Shown: positions 36,135 through 47,023, counted from the stretch's first letter. The stretch: DNA of 64,000 nucleotides from Gemmatimonadota bacterium (GCA_958295535.1 OY282356.1:2404378-2468377), one strand, 5' to 3'. The notes: generated by a model not told the origin, from the letters alone. Numbers and translations are program-made.

Positions 36135-37169
36135 ATGAACGACCGGCTCGCTGAAGTTGCGGAGGCCTTAGGGGCCAACGGCAAGGGGATCCTGGCTGCC
36201 GACGAGAGTTCGGGCACGATCGAGAAGCGCTTCGATGGCATAGGCGTCGAGTCGACGGAAGCCAACCGGCGCGACTACCGGGAGATGTTGTTCCGCGCGA
36301 CAGATGCCCTCCGCAATCACATCTCGGGCGTCATCCTGTTCGACGAAACTCTCAGGCAGTCGGCCGTGGACGGCGCTCCGCTGGTAGACATCCTTTCCGG
36401 TGCGGGGGCCATACCGGGCATCAAGATCGACTCGGGCGCGAAGGAGCTGGCCGGGGCGCCCGGCGAGACGGTGACGGAGGGGTTGGACGGCCTGCGAGGA
36501 CGCCTTTCGGAGTATTACTCGCTGGGGGCGCGCTTCACCAAGTGGCGGGCGGTCATCGACATCGGGCGCGGGGGCGACCGTTCGATCCCGAGCCGGTACT
36601 GCATAGCGGCGAACGCCCATGCGCTCGGACGCATGGCCGCGCTCAGCCAGGAGCAGGGGCTGGTTCCGATCGTCGAACCGGAGGTGCTGATGGACGGCGA
36701 CCACGACATCGATCGCTGTTTCGAAGTCACGGAAGCCACGCTCGAGCAGGTCTACGCGGAGCTCTTCCTGCAGCGGGTATTCCTCGAAGGTTCGGTGCTG
36801 AAGCCCAATATGGTCCTTTCGGGCAAGCTGTGCGCCGACCGAGCCGGGGTCGAAGAGGTGGCGGAGAAGACGGTTGGCTGTCTCAAGCGTGCCGTTCCTT
36901 CGGCCGTGCCGAGCGTCGTCTTCCTCTCCGGCGGCCAGTCGGATATCGAGGCGACGGCGCATCTGAACGCGATGAACGCCGGCTACGATACCCCGTGGAA
37001 TCTGAGCTTCTCCTACGGACGGGCGTTGCAGGCCGCCCCGCTGCAGGCTTGGCGCGGAGCGCAAGCCAACAGGTCCACCGGTCAGGCTGCATTTGCGCAC
37101 CGCGCGCGCATGAACGGTCTCGCGGCATTGGGCAGGTGGTCGATGGAGTTGGAAGAGAAGGCGGCCTGA
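36135..37169 (+). CDS. fba: Fructose-bisphosphate aldolase, class I.
   Basis: Starts at the internal ATG with GGAGGAAGGGG RBS. Class I FBA motifs (ILAADESSGT, VVFLSGGQS, Schiff-base lysine region LEGSVLKPNMV). Confidence 0.8.
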   Translation: MNDRLAEVAEALGANGKGILAADESSGTIEKRFDGIGVESTEANRRDYREMLFRATDALRNHISGVILFDETLRQSAVDGAPLVDILSGAGAIPGIKIDSGAKELAGAPGETVTEGLDGLRGRLSEYYSLGARFTKWRAVIDIGRGGDRSIPSRYCIAANAHALGRMAALSQEQGLVPIVEPEVLMDGDHDIDRCFEVTEATLEQVYAELFLQRVFLEGSVLKPNMVLSGKLCADRAGVEEVAEKTVGCLKRAVPSAVPSVVFLSGGQSDIEATAHLNAMNAGYDTPWNLSFSYGRALQAAPLQAWRGAQANRSTGQAAFAHRARMNGLAALGRWSMELEEKAA

Positions 37170-37217
37170 CGGCGAGAGCCCGCACGGCAGCGGGGAGCTA
37201 GGCCGACACGGGCAATC

Positions 37218-38597
37218 TCAGGATGACCAGATCGCGCGCATAGCCTCCATGTAACTCGCGTCGATCTCGGAGGTGGCGGCTTTTCCGGGCCGCCCGGCGA
37301 GAACGCCGCGCTCGGCCATTCGCTGCCCTCCGACATAGACGGCCTCGATATCGCGGTCGTCGCCGCCGACCAGCCACGCGTCCATCGCGCTCTCCAGCGA
37401 ATGGCCGAGCAGGTGTGGGCCGTTCGCGTCGAGCACGACCAGGTCGGCCCGGCAACCCGGTTCGATCCGTCCGGTCGGAACCGGGTTGCCGGGCCAGCCG
37501 CCTGTCGCGCCGCCGCCCCCAGCCGCCAGCCAAGCCCACGCATCCGGCGCCGTGCCGATGTCCGCGGCCAAGCGGGCGCGGCGGCGATCGCGCAGCCGCT
37601 GTCCGTACTCCAGCTGGCGGACTTCCTCTATCGGCGAAATGCGGACGTTGGCATCCGATCCGATCGCGGCCGCGCCACCCTCGCGCATATGCTCGCGCAC
37701 CGGGAAGACGCCGTCCCCCAGATACGCCTCCGTAAGCGGCGTCAACACGACCTTCGCCCCGCTGCGGCGCAGCCGGACGCGCTCCGCGCTAGTCGCGTGC
37801 GTGGCGTGCACCAAGCTCCAGCGGGGACCCAGCTCGACCGTATCCGCCAGCAGATCGATCGGCGTTCGTCCCAACACGGCCCGGCACCTCTCGACCTCCC
37901 GCTCCTGCTCGCTGATGTGGATGTGGAGGGGCGCGTCCGGACCCAGCGCTTCATCCACGCCCGCCACGACTTCCGCTATCTCGGAGGGTGGCGCGGCCCG
38001 GAGCGAGTGCGCCGCCGCGCCGGCCACTTTGTCGCCGAGCGCCTGAAGGGTTTCGAGGAAGCTGTCCACCGAATCGTGGACGAAGCGGCGCTGCGCCGGT
38101 AGCGCGTCCGCGCCGCCGAAGCCCGATGTCCGGTAGTACACGGGAAGCAGCGAGAGCGGGAGGCCGATGTCGCCCGCCGCTGCAACTATCGCATCGGCGC
38201 TTTCGCTCGCTAACCCGGCGCCGGTGGAGCCGCTCCGGCCGTCTCCATGCAGATGGTGCAGGTAATGAAACTCGGCCACATGAGTGAATCCCGCGCAGAG
38301 CATCTTCGCGTAGCAGCGGCGGGCGACCGCGAACAGCCGGTCCGGAGCGACAGATCCCGCCAGCCGGTACATCGCTTCGCGCCAGCCCCAGAACGAGTCC
38401 TCTCCGCCTATGGCCTCCCCGAAGCCGCCCAGCGCATGTTGAAAGCTGTGGGAGTGGGCGTTCGGCATCCCCGGGATCGCGAGGAAGCCGTCGTACGGCC
38501 CCCGCCCGGCACGGATGGCGGCAATCGTCCCGTCGGCGGCTATGTCGATCGCGCGGTCTCGCTCGAGGCCGCTCGTGCTCAGGACTCCCCTGAACAT
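37218..38597 (-). CDS. Formimidoylglutamate deiminase-like amidohydrolase (HutF family).
   Basis: Start at MFRGV. Amidohydrolase core with PNAHSHSFQ metal-binding motif, typical of HutF/guanine-deaminase-like enzymes. About 460 aa. The upstream ORF-track extension is Arg/Pro-rich run-through. Confidence 0.65.
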   Translation of the reverse strand: MFRGVLSTSGLERDRAIDIAADGTIAAIRAGRGPYDGFLAIPGMPNAHSHSFQHALGGFGEAIGGEDSFWGWREAMYRLAGSVAPDRLFAVARRCYAKMLCAGFTHVAEFHYLHHLHGDGRSGSTGAGLASESADAIVAAAGDIGLPLSLLPVYYRTSGFGGADALPAQRRFVHDSVDSFLETLQALGDKVAGAAAHSLRAAPPSEIAEVVAGVDEALGPDAPLHIHISEQEREVERCRAVLGRTPIDLLADTVELGPRWSLVHATHATSAERVRLRRSGAKVVLTPLTEAYLGDGVFPVREHMREGGAAAIGSDANVRISPIEEVRQLEYGQRLRDRRRARLAADIGTAPDAWAWLAAGGGGATGGWPGNPVPTGRIEPGCRADLVVLDANGPHLLGHSLESAMDAWLVGGDDRDIEAVYVGGQRMAERGVLAGRPGKAATSEIDASYMEAMRAIWSS

Positions 38598-38917
38598 TAG
38601 CGTAGTGGTCGCCGTACCTGTAGAAGTCACAGCTTCGAGAATATCAGTAGACCGTGCCGGGCGGATAGCATCGGACCTGCCGGGAGGGTTCGGATAGCGG
38701 CGGCCCGATCCTGCGCGGCCGGAGCAATGCCAAGCCGCGTGCCCCGGGCCATGTCCCGGCGCTCGGCTGGACTGACCGATGCCGCCGGTTTGACCCGGGA
38801 CGGTCGAGAACCGGAACGGATACACTTTTGCCGAGAGATGCGAACCTGAAGCAGTTGCACGCACAGCACGCTCCAGCAGGTCGTCGGCCGCCCGGAGGCC
38901 ACCGGCGAGACCGGAGC

Positions 38918-41900
38918 ATGTCCTCCGCCCCGCCCCGCCGGCGGGAGCCGCCGCCGGTGCCGCTCGCCGGTCGGCCGCCGGATCGCGCGCCGGCGTACGC
39001 CCGCCTCGCGCCGGCACGGGCTTCATCCGGGCTGGAGGGGATCGCTTCCGGACTAGTCGCCGTCGCTCTCGTGCTGGCAGGCGCGGCCTTCGGGCTGACG
39101 ACCGGCGCGCACCCCCTCTCCGCCACGCAGGGCATCACGACGGCAGCCGCGTCGGGACGCGTAGCGGACCAGGACGGACAGCCCGTGGCAGGCGCGCAGA
39201 TAGACCTCCGCCACGCGAACACCGGCGCGGCGTACGCCACCGCTAGCGACGAAGAAGGGCGCTTCAACTTCGCCAACCTTCGGCCCGGCGGCCCTTACAC
39301 GCTCACGGTGGCGCGGATCGGCCTCCGGACCGTTTCCCGCGAAGGGCTGTTCCTCAGCATCGGACAGCGCCTACGCCTCGAGATCGAACTCTCCAGCGCC
39401 GCCCTCCCTCTGCCGGAGCTGGCTGTGCGCGTAGACATGGACCCCGAATTCGATGAAGCCCGGATGGGCACGGCGAAGCTGGTCGACCGGGAGGCGTTGG
39501 AGCGCCTGCCCACGATCACGAGAGACTTCACGGACTTCGCCAAGCTCGCGCCTCTGGTGGCGGTGGATGAAGATGGGGCTTCGGTGGCCGGTTCGAATAT
39601 CCGATTCAACAGCATCCAGATCGACGGAGCCCTGAATCAGGATGTCTTCGGCCTCTCGCCCACGGGCGTCGCCGGCGGACAGTCGCGGGGACGACTGATT
39701 CCCCTGTCGGCGATCGAACAGCTCCAGATCCTCATAGCGCCGTACGATGTTCGGCAGTCGGGCTTCACCGGAGGCGTTCTGAACGCAGTCACCCGTACCG
39801 GTACCAACGACTTCCAGGCTTCCGCGTTCACCTTCTTCCGCAACGAGGCTCTCGCCGGCGACGCGCTGATCGGCGGAGTCGCCCGCGAACCGGGCGATCT
39901 CGACAACTTGTACGCGGGATTCGACGTTAGCGGCCCCATCGCGCGCGACCGGGTGCACTTCTTCGTCGCGGGCGAGGTGGAGCGGCGGGCGCGGACCCCG
40001 GATGGTTTCACGGTCGGCGTCGACGAACCCCTCAGGACGCAGCTGGACGCCGACTCGGTCGCCCGGTTGTCCGGCCTGCTGGCAGGCTACGGAGCGGAAG
40101 CCGGCGAGGCGGGGCTCTACACTCTCAATAACAACCTCGCGAATCTGTTCGCGCGCATCGATGCCCGCATCGACGATGACAACTCGTTGATGCTGCGGTA
40201 CAACATGGCTCTTGCCGGTGACGATCCGGCCCCGAACAGGCTGCCGGGCGACGCCTACGAGCTGTCGTCGAACGGAACTCGCCGGAACTCTCGCAACCAC
40301 TCGGTCGTGGGCCAGTGGTTGGCGACCCTCGGACCGTCTCTGTCAAACGATCTGACGATCAACGCGCAGATACTTCGCGACCGGGAACGGCCCAACGCGG
40401 CATTCCCCCGCATCGAGGTGACGCTGGAGGGAGGCCCCGACGGGAGCGGATACCGGCGCCGCGTGCGGGCGGGCTCGAACTTCTTCGGACAGGACAGCGA
40501 CCTGGCTCAGGACGTACTGCAGATTTCGAATGCTCTCACTTTGTCCCTCGGGAACAACCACCTCACGGTGGGGGCCGGCCTGGATCGCTTCGCCATACGG
40601 CGCGACTATCTGCCGGGCGGGCTCGGGAGCTACACCTTCAACTCGGTCAAAGACATAGCGGCGAACGCGCCATCGGAGTACACGGTCAACTTGCCGCTTT
40701 CGGACGATGCGGCCACAACCCGCTTCGTGGTGAACCAGCTCTCTGCCTTCGTCCAGGACGAGGTGTCGGTCGGAGAGGCGCTGAACCTCAGATTGGGCGT
40801 GCGGATGGACCTTCCGCTGAGGCCCGGACCGCCCCCGGACAACCCGGCCGTGCGAAGCTCCTTCGGAGTCGGCACGAACCAACTTCCCGGAGGGAATCCC
40901 CTCTTCTCGCCGCGCGCAGGCTTCAACCTCAGGCTCGGGGCGAACAAAGAGGTGCAGATCAGAGGGGGAGCGGGGCTATTCACCGGGCGGCCACCCTTCG
41001 CCTGGCTCGCGAACGCCTATCAGAACAGCGGTCTCACTTCTGCTTTTCTCACCTGTCGGCGACGGAATATCGGAGTGCCCGATCCGGAGATCGTGCCGGC
41101 CTTCGATCCAAAGTCGCCAACTCCAACCTCCTGTGCCGACGGCGCCGGCGCTAGCTCCGCGCTCCCCGTGATAACGGTTTTCGATCCGGACTTCCGCTTT
41201 CCGCAAGACTTCAAGACATCCCTTGCGGTGGACCAGCGCCTCCCGGCGGGGTTCGTGCTCTCGCTCGAAGGCGTCTACACCAAGGCGGTCAACCAGATAG
41301 GCCTGCAGGACCTGAACATCGGACCGGTCGTTCCCCTCGGCGACCGGACACCGGAGAACGGCTTCACCGATGGCTTCGGCTACGGAATCCGCGAGACCTT
41401 CGCCGATGCCGGAGACGGGAGCGAGTTCGTCGATCCGCCGCCGGGCAGCGGACCCGGCGAGCGGGAGCCGATCTTCTTCCCGCGGCGGGTCGATGAGGCG
41501 TTCGGACAGGTGATCAAGGTCGGCAACCGCACGGCGAACTTCGCTTATGCGCTGAGCGTTAGGCTTCGCAAGCGCTTCGGCGCCTGGCTGTCCGCCGAGG
41601 CCGGCTACGCGTACAACCGTTCGGCAGATGTGAGAAGTCTCGTTTCGCTCGACGCAGTGGCGAACTTCGGCTTTACGGCGATCGAAGGAGACCCCAACAA
41701 CCCCACTCGCCAACCCTCGCTCTTCGACCGTCCGCACAAGCTCCTGGCGACAGCGGCGGCGCGGCTGCCGAAGAAGCTGGGAGGCGGCGAGCTGTCGCTT
41801 GTGTACGTGGGGCAGTCGGGCAGGCCGTACTCCTACGTCTACGCGGACGACATCAATGGCGACGCCTATCCCGGACTGGGGCAGGCGGCCTCCCTCGCCA

Positions 41901-42403
41901 ACGACCTGATCTTCGTGACAGATGGAGTGTTCGACTTCCCCGACGCGAACAGGTCGCCCGTCAGCGGGCTGCTCTTCGAACAGCTCGTCTTGCGCGAGCG
42001 GTGCTTGAGCGGAAGCAGGCAACGGATTCTGCACCGCAACGCCTGCCGCACGCCTTGGTCTCACCAGCTCGACCTTCGGATCAGGCAGGAAGTCGCCGTT
42101 GGCGGCGCGCAGGTGGCTTTCATGATCGACGTGCTGAACTTCGTCAATCTGTTCAACAACTCTTGGGGACATGTCCAGACGGTGAACCCGGTGGTCCAGC
42201 TGCTCGCCGTGGAGAACCGGGTGGAGGATGACGCGGAGCCCAACAGCGTCCTCCCCGAGGCGGACGATCCCCTGGGGGCGCGCTACGCCGGAGCACTCCG
42301 AAAGAGCGATACGGGAGGAGTCGCGGCGGCCGTTCCGTACGTGCCTCGCATCGGGGCCTCCCAGTGGCAGGCGCAGCTCGGGATCGAGATACGTTTCCGC
42401 TAG
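38918..42403 (+). CDS. TonB-dependent outer-membrane receptor with an N-terminal carboxypeptidase-regulatory-like domain.
   Basis: Signal peptide. CarbopepD_reg-like segment (GRVADQDGQPVAGAQIDLRH(…)RFNFANLRPGGPYTLTV). Plug and long beta-barrel. C-terminal aromatic residue (IEIRFR). Start is uncertain. Confidence 0.75.
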   Translation: MSSAPPRRREPPPVPLAGRPPDRAPAYARLAPARASSGLEGIASGLVAVALVLAGAAFGLTTGAHPLSATQGITTAAASGRVADQDGQPVAGAQIDLRHANTGAAYATASDEEGRFNFANLRPGGPYTLTVARIGLRTVSREGLFLSIGQRLRLEIELSSAALPLPELAVRVDMDPEFDEARMGTAKLVDREALERLPTITRDFTDFAKLAPLVAVDEDGASVAGSNIRFNSIQIDGALNQDVFGLSPTGVAGGQSRGRLIPLSAIEQLQILIAPYDVRQSGFTGGVLNAVTRTGTNDFQASAFTFFRNEALAGDALIGGVAREPGDLDNLYAGFDVSGPIARDRVHFFVAGEVERRARTPDGFTVGVDEPLRTQLDADSVARLSGLLAGYGAEAGEAGLYTLNNNLANLFARIDARIDDDNSLMLRYNMALAGDDPAPNRLPGDAYELSSNGTRRNSRNHSVVGQWLATLGPSLSNDLTINAQILRDRERPNAAFPRIEVTLEGGPDGSGYRRRVRAGSNFFGQDSDLAQDVLQISNALTLSLGNNHLTVGAGLDRFAIRRDYLPGGLGSYTFNSVKDIAANAPSEYTVNLPLSDDAATTRFVVNQLSAFVQDEVSVGEALNLRLGVRMDLPLRPGPPPDNPAVRSSFGVGTNQLPGGNPLFSPRAGFNLRLGANKEVQIRGGAGLFTGRPPFAWLANAYQNSGLTSAFLTCRRRNIGVPDPEIVPAFDPKSPTPTSCADGAGASSALPVITVFDPDFRFPQDFKTSLAVDQRLPAGFVLSLEGVYTKAVNQIGLQDLNIGPVVPLGDRTPENGFTDGFGYGIRETFADAGDGSEFVDPPPGSGPGEREPIFFPRRVDEAFGQVIKVGNRTANFAYALSVRLRKRFGAWLSAEAGYAYNRSADVRSLVSLDAVANFGFTAIEGDPNNPTRQPSLFDRPHKLLATAAARLPKKLGGGELSLVYVGQSGRPYSYVYADDINGDAYPGLGQAASLANDLIFVTDGVFDFPDANRSPVSGLLFEQLVLRERCLSGSRQRILHRNACRTPWSHQLDLRIRQEVAVGGAQVAFMIDVLNFVNLFNNSWGHVQTVNPVVQLLAVENRVEDDAEPNSVLPEADDPLGARYAGALRKSDTGGVAAAVPYVPRIGASQWQAQLGIEIRFR

Positions 42404-42665
42404 CTTCTGCCGCAGTTTCGGCGGCGGCGACCGACAGGAGCGCGCGGCGCCCTGGACCGCGATGCGTTGCCGCCAGTGTCCGCGCCGGGTTCGCCGACGG
42501 CGACCGGCAGGAGCGGGCTTGGCTGCAGACCGCAATGCGCGGCCGGTAGCTTGTTGTCGCCAACCGGCATTACATTCGTTGTCCAAATTCCATCGTCTCG
42601 CGCCCAGAGTCGCCGCTCGGCGGCGCCCGGCGACAAAACCACACTTCTCGGAAAATCAGAGAGCC

Positions 42666-45260
42666 ATGCGATCACATCGTCCGACTATCGACACCAATCC
42701 CCACTCATTCTCGACGACTCCCCGCCGGCCGGGGAGCGTCCGGCCCGCAAGCTTCGCGGCGGCGCTGGCCGCATTCGCCCTGGCGGCGGGAGCGACCGCT
42801 TCCGTCGAGGCGCAAACGAACTCTCGAGGGCCGACGTTGACAGGAACGTCGTTGGCGGACCCGCTGCGGACGGCCCCGGCCGACGTTCATCCGGCGGCAT
42901 CCGCCAGTGCCGGCGGCATGATCGGATTCGGCACCGCCGCGGTCGTCGCGGGCGACCTGATATTCGTGTCGCGGCCCGGCGAATTCGCTCTGTTCCCCAT
43001 GCCCGGATCCGGACCGGGCAGCGTGCACGTGTTTCGGCGTGGAGCGAATAGCTGGACAGAGGTCGGCGTGGTAACCGCCCCCGGGGGCGAGTACGGAGAC
43101 GGCTTCGGACAGGCGCTGGCCGCGCAGCCCGGCTTGTTGGTGGTGGGCGCGCCAGGCGAAGACGAAGGGCGCGGAGCGATATACGTCTTTGTCGGCATGG
43201 GCAATTCGTGGGACTTCATGGAACGCATTCAACCTCCGGACGCCATGCCGGGCGACGCATTCGGATCGTCTGTGGCCGTTGGCGGCGATGGGACGTTCGG
43301 AGTCATCGGCGCCCCCGGCCGTGGAGCGAGCGGCTCCGTCTTTGGCTACTTCATGAGCAACTACGGCATGGAGAGAACCGAGATTACCGGATCCGACGCC
43401 CCGGCGGATGCCCGCTTTGGAGCCTCGCTGAGTCTGGAGGGGAACTTGGTTCTCATAGGGGCGCCCGGACCGTTCTCCCTGGGCTCTTTCGGCCAACCCG
43501 CCCCGCCTCAACCGGGGGTCGGCTATGTGTTCCAGCGTAGCGGAAACGACTTTGAGGAAGTCGCGCGGCTGACCCAGGCCGGGGGGATGGTCCTGGGCGC
43601 ATCGGTCGCGATGGCGGGTGGAGAAGCGCTCATCGGATCGCCATTTGGCGCACAGGGGATGGGCGCCGTCTACCGGTTCGCAGCCGATGATGCGGGCGAG
43701 TGGTCGCATACCGGGGAAGTCGGGGGGACGGGCGGCCGGACTCCGGGCACGCTCTTCGGCTACTCGGTGGGGCTGGCCGGCGAGCGGCTCGTGGTGGGCG
43801 CTCCAGGTGCGGGCCAGGGCATGGGCGGGGCCCACGTCTACGCCATGGGAGAAGATGGCGAGTGGAGCGAGGAGACTGCGCTGAACGCCGAGATAACCGG
43901 CCTCATCGGATTCATGGGCAACTCGGTCGCAGGCGGAGATGGCTTCGCCGTGGTGGGCGCCCCCGGCGCAGCCTTCTTCGAGGGAGTCGGGTACGTATTC
44001 GAGCGTGGCAGCGACGGCGTCTGGAGCGAGGCGCATCCGATCCACGAAGCGGTGTCGGGACCGCGAGCGGTGACCGGCGGCGAGCAGCGTTGTCCCGAAG
44101 AAGGAGAGGTCGCCGGCTTCCCCTGCTCGGAGATCGAGCTCCTGTCGTTTCTCCCCACGACCGAGGTGGGAGGCGCGCGCGGAATCATGGTCAGCGACAT
44201 CTGGGGGTGGGTGGATCCGCAGACGGGCCGCGAATACGCGATCCTGGGCCGGTTCGACGGAACTTCGTTCATCGATGTGACGGACGCCGAGAACCCGGTC
44301 TATCTCGGCAACCTTCCTCTCACGGAGGGGGCCTCGCCCAACCTGTGGCGTGACATGAAGGTCTACGACGATCACGTCTTCGTGGTGGCGGACAACGCCG
44401 GGCAGCACGGACTTCAGGTGTTCGATCTCGCAAAGTTGCGAGATGTCGCGTCGGCCCCGGTCGTGTTCGACGAGGACGCCCACTACTCGGAATTCGCCTC
44501 GGCGCACAACATCGTGATCAACGAGGAGTCCGGCTTCGCCTATGTCGTCGGGGCCAGTGGCGGAGGCGAGACGTGCGGAGGCGCCCTCCACATGGTCGAC
44601 ATTCGCGATCCCCGGAATCCGTCGTTTGCCGGATGCTACTCGGATCCCGCCACCGGACAAAACGGTCCGGGCTACACTCACGACGCTCAGTGCGTCATGT
44701 ACAGCGGTCCCGACGAGGATTACGCGGGCCGGGAAATCTGCTTCAACGCCAGCGAGACGGCGCTCGGAATCGGCGACGTCACCGACAAGGATAACCCTGT
44801 GCCGGTCGCCAGCGCCTCGTATCCCAACGTTGCGTACTCGCACCAGGGCTGGCTGACGGAGGACCAGCGATACTTCTATCTGAACGACGAGCTGGACGAA
44901 CTGCAGGGCGGGACCAGCGGGACCCGCACCCTCGTATGGGACGTGCAAGACCTCGATGATCCCATCCTGGCGCGGGAGTTCGTCCAGGACAACGCGGCCT
45001 CGGATCACAACTTGTACGTCCGGGGCAACTACATGTACCAGTCGAACTACGTCAGCGGGCTGCGAGTCTTCGATATCTCGGACCCGGAGAATCCGGCCCC
45101 GGCGGGGTTCTTCGACACGGTAGCAGGCAGCCCGGATGTCGCCGGTTTCGCGGGATCGTGGAGCAACTACCCGTTCTTCCCGTCCGGGAACATCGTCGTG
45201 TCCAGCATGAGGGAAGGACTGTTCGTGCTCAAGCTGCGTCGCGAGGAACTGGTTCCCTGA
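42666..45260 (+). CDS. Secreted beta-propeller protein with an N-terminal FG-GAP repeat domain fused to a C-terminal LVIVD-repeat/choice-of-anchor-B-like domain.
   Basis: Signal peptide from the internal ATG. At least six repeats of the form hhhGAPG(…)G(…)hYVF (FG-GAP). The C-terminal 400 aa carry paired Cys, W/Y-rich repeats and the ending GLFVLKLRR. Confidence 0.6.
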   Translation: MRSHRPTIDTNPHSFSTTPRRPGSVRPASFAAALAAFALAAGATASVEAQTNSRGPTLTGTSLADPLRTAPADVHPAASASAGGMIGFGTAAVVAGDLIFVSRPGEFALFPMPGSGPGSVHVFRRGANSWTEVGVVTAPGGEYGDGFGQALAAQPGLLVVGAPGEDEGRGAIYVFVGMGNSWDFMERIQPPDAMPGDAFGSSVAVGGDGTFGVIGAPGRGASGSVFGYFMSNYGMERTEITGSDAPADARFGASLSLEGNLVLIGAPGPFSLGSFGQPAPPQPGVGYVFQRSGNDFEEVARLTQAGGMVLGASVAMAGGEALIGSPFGAQGMGAVYRFAADDAGEWSHTGEVGGTGGRTPGTLFGYSVGLAGERLVVGAPGAGQGMGGAHVYAMGEDGEWSEETALNAEITGLIGFMGNSVAGGDGFAVVGAPGAAFFEGVGYVFERGSDGVWSEAHPIHEAVSGPRAVTGGEQRCPEEGEVAGFPCSEIELLSFLPTTEVGGARGIMVSDIWGWVDPQTGREYAILGRFDGTSFIDVTDAENPVYLGNLPLTEGASPNLWRDMKVYDDHVFVVADNAGQHGLQVFDLAKLRDVASAPVVFDEDAHYSEFASAHNIVINEESGFAYVVGASGGGETCGGALHMVDIRDPRNPSFAGCYSDPATGQNGPGYTHDAQCVMYSGPDEDYAGREICFNASETALGIGDVTDKDNPVPVASASYPNVAYSHQGWLTEDQRYFYLNDELDELQGGTSGTRTLVWDVQDLDDPILAREFVQDNAASDHNLYVRGNYMYQSNYVSGLRVFDISDPENPAPAGFFDTVAGSPDVAGFAGSWSNYPFFPSGNIVVSSMREGLFVLKLRREELVP

Positions 45261-45541
45261 CACCCTGACCGACTTGCCGGGCAGCGCTGGTCTCGGGATA
45301 CGGCCAGCGCTGTCCGGGCTCGCTTCCCCGGACTCGCTTCCAATGTGGTACAGCGTGGTACAGCTACGGCCGTGGCGCAGCTACGGCGGGCGCGGCTTTC
45401 CCTTTCGCCGCTAGCTCGCCTCCTTCCGCTGCGAGCTCGGGGAGCCGCGCACGAAGGGCAGGGGCTAAACTGGCAGCATGGAGTTTGACTGGCAGACGGG
45501 GCACTCTCGCAGGCGGGCGGCGGGCCGCTAGCTCTCCCCCG

Positions 45542-47023
45542 CTAGCTTCCCGCCCGCTGGCGTCGCGCGACGCGGCGAAACGCCAGCGAGGCCAGAAGGC
45601 CCACGACCCCGAACGCCACCACGACGGCGAACACATGCTGGTGGCCGGCAACGCCCGGAGAGCGGTCCAGCAGGACGCCCATCAGCGGCCCCATGAAGAT
45701 GTCGGGGGTGAAGCCCGCGACCGAGACGATGCCCGTGGCGCTACCCGTGAATGCCAGCGGCACCGCGCCTTCCGCGAGCAGGGCGAAGTAGACTCCGCGC
45801 AGCGCATAGATGCCGGCGCTCGCCATCGCGATCGTGACGATGAGCATCCATGCAGGTCCTGGAGTCAGAACCCCGACGGCAATCAGCCCGCAGCTAACGA
45901 TGAGCGCCGCGAAGCTCAGCACGACCACCCGCGACGCATCGATCCTGTCGCCGAGAAATCCCGCGGCCGCAGCTGCCACCGCCCGAATCCATAGCGACAT
46001 GGCGCCGATTCCCGACGCGGCGACATCGCCGTAACCAAGGGCATCGCGCGCCAGGAGGGAAAAGTCGTCGGTCGCCTTGTAGGCTGTGTAGGAGCAGACG
46101 ACTATCACGCCTTGCAGCCAGACGGTCGGCATCCTCATGGCTGCCATCACGCCGCGGAGGGCGGGCCACCGCCCGCCGGCGGCCGGCGTAGAGTCCCGAG
46201 GCCGATGACCTGCCGCTGTCTCCGCCGGGACGGACGGCGAAGGGAGCGCCGCGCCGGCGGGCGCCGCGCCCTGACGCTGGCGATCCAGGGGCGGGGCGGC
46301 ACCGGATTGCGCCACCGGCCTGTTGTCCGGGATGATTATCCACACCGCGGCCGCGCCAGCCAGCGTCAGCGCCGTAAAGACCCAGATGACCGCGCGAAAC
46401 GCGCTCTCTCGCTCTTCGGGCGTAGAAGCGGAGGCATCGCCCGGGAGCAGCAACGCGAAGACCGCGACGGCGAGCGAAGCGACCAGGGCTCCGATGAGAC
46501 CGCGGCCGCCGTCCAGCAACCCGTACGCCCTCCCCTGCATCGAAGCCCCGCCCCACTCGCGCGCCGCCCGAATCATCGCCGCCCAGAACAGCAGGATCGA
46601 AGTGCACCCCCAGAACGCCCAGAGGACGTTCATGGCGCCGGGGGAAGGGATGCCGGCCAGGACGATGCCGCCCGACCCGGTGGCCAGAAGCGCGGCGGCC
46701 ATCAGCCGACGTGCCGGGTACCGGTCCGCCAGCGGCCCGCCCGCCAAGTAGGAGACCATGGCCACGATCCCGTACAGCGAGAATGCCGTCCCGAGCTCCA
46801 GATTCGTGATGCCGAACACTTCGAGCATGGTGGGACGGAATACGCGGGCGACTACGAACGGGAGCAGAAAGGCGCCCTCCCCCGCAACCATCAGGATCAG
46901 GATGATGAGACTGCGCCGCCCAGCTCTCTCCCGCTGCGTCAAGGAATCACATGGTCCCGATACCGTACGTTCGGCCCGTGCCGTCAGCGGTCCGGCCGGT
47001 CCGGGCCCGCGCCACTCCCCCAA
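45542..47023 (-). CDS. MFS transporter. Start is uncertain.
   Basis: 12-TM-like hydrophobicity. MFS loop motif (GGPLADRYPARR). Central hydrophilic loop. The ORF-track start overlaps the upstream gene by 40 nt. Confidence 0.65.
   Translation of the reverse strand: MGEWRGPGPAGPLTARAERTVSGPCDSLTQRERAGRRSLIILILMVAGEGAFLLPFVVARVFRPTMLEVFGITNLELGTAFSLYGIVAMVSYLAGGPLADRYPARRLMAAALLATGSGGIVLAGIPSPGAMNVLWAFWGCTSILLFWAAMIRAAREWGGASMQGRAYGLLDGGRGLIGALVASLAVAVFALLLPGDASASTPEERESAFRAVIWVFTALTLAGAAAVWIIIPDNRPVAQSGAAPPLDRQRQGAAPAGAALPSPSVPAETAAGHRPRDSTPAAGGRWPALRGVMAAMRMPTVWLQGVIVVCSYTAYKATDDFSLLARDALGYGDVAASGIGAMSLWIRAVAAAAAGFLGDRIDASRVVVLSFAALIVSCGLIAVGVLTPGPAWMLIVTIAMASAGIYALRGVYFALLAEGAVPLAFTGSATGIVSVAGFTPDIFMGPLMGVLLDRSPGVAGHQHVFAVVVAFGVVGLLASLAFRRVARRQRAGS

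Noticed and set aside
38598-39026. N-terminal 143 aa of the HutF-like ORF, and similar extensions for the thermonuclease (48451-48891), fba (35868-36134), FG-GAP protein (42228-42665), cstA (57320-57418), ArsA-like (58540-58731) and zinc-ribbon ORF (28874-29092).
   Set aside because: The extensions are Arg/Pro/Ala-rich, overlap neighbouring genes or promoters, and precede obvious signal peptides or conserved N-terminal motifs that start at an internal Met with a plausible RBS.
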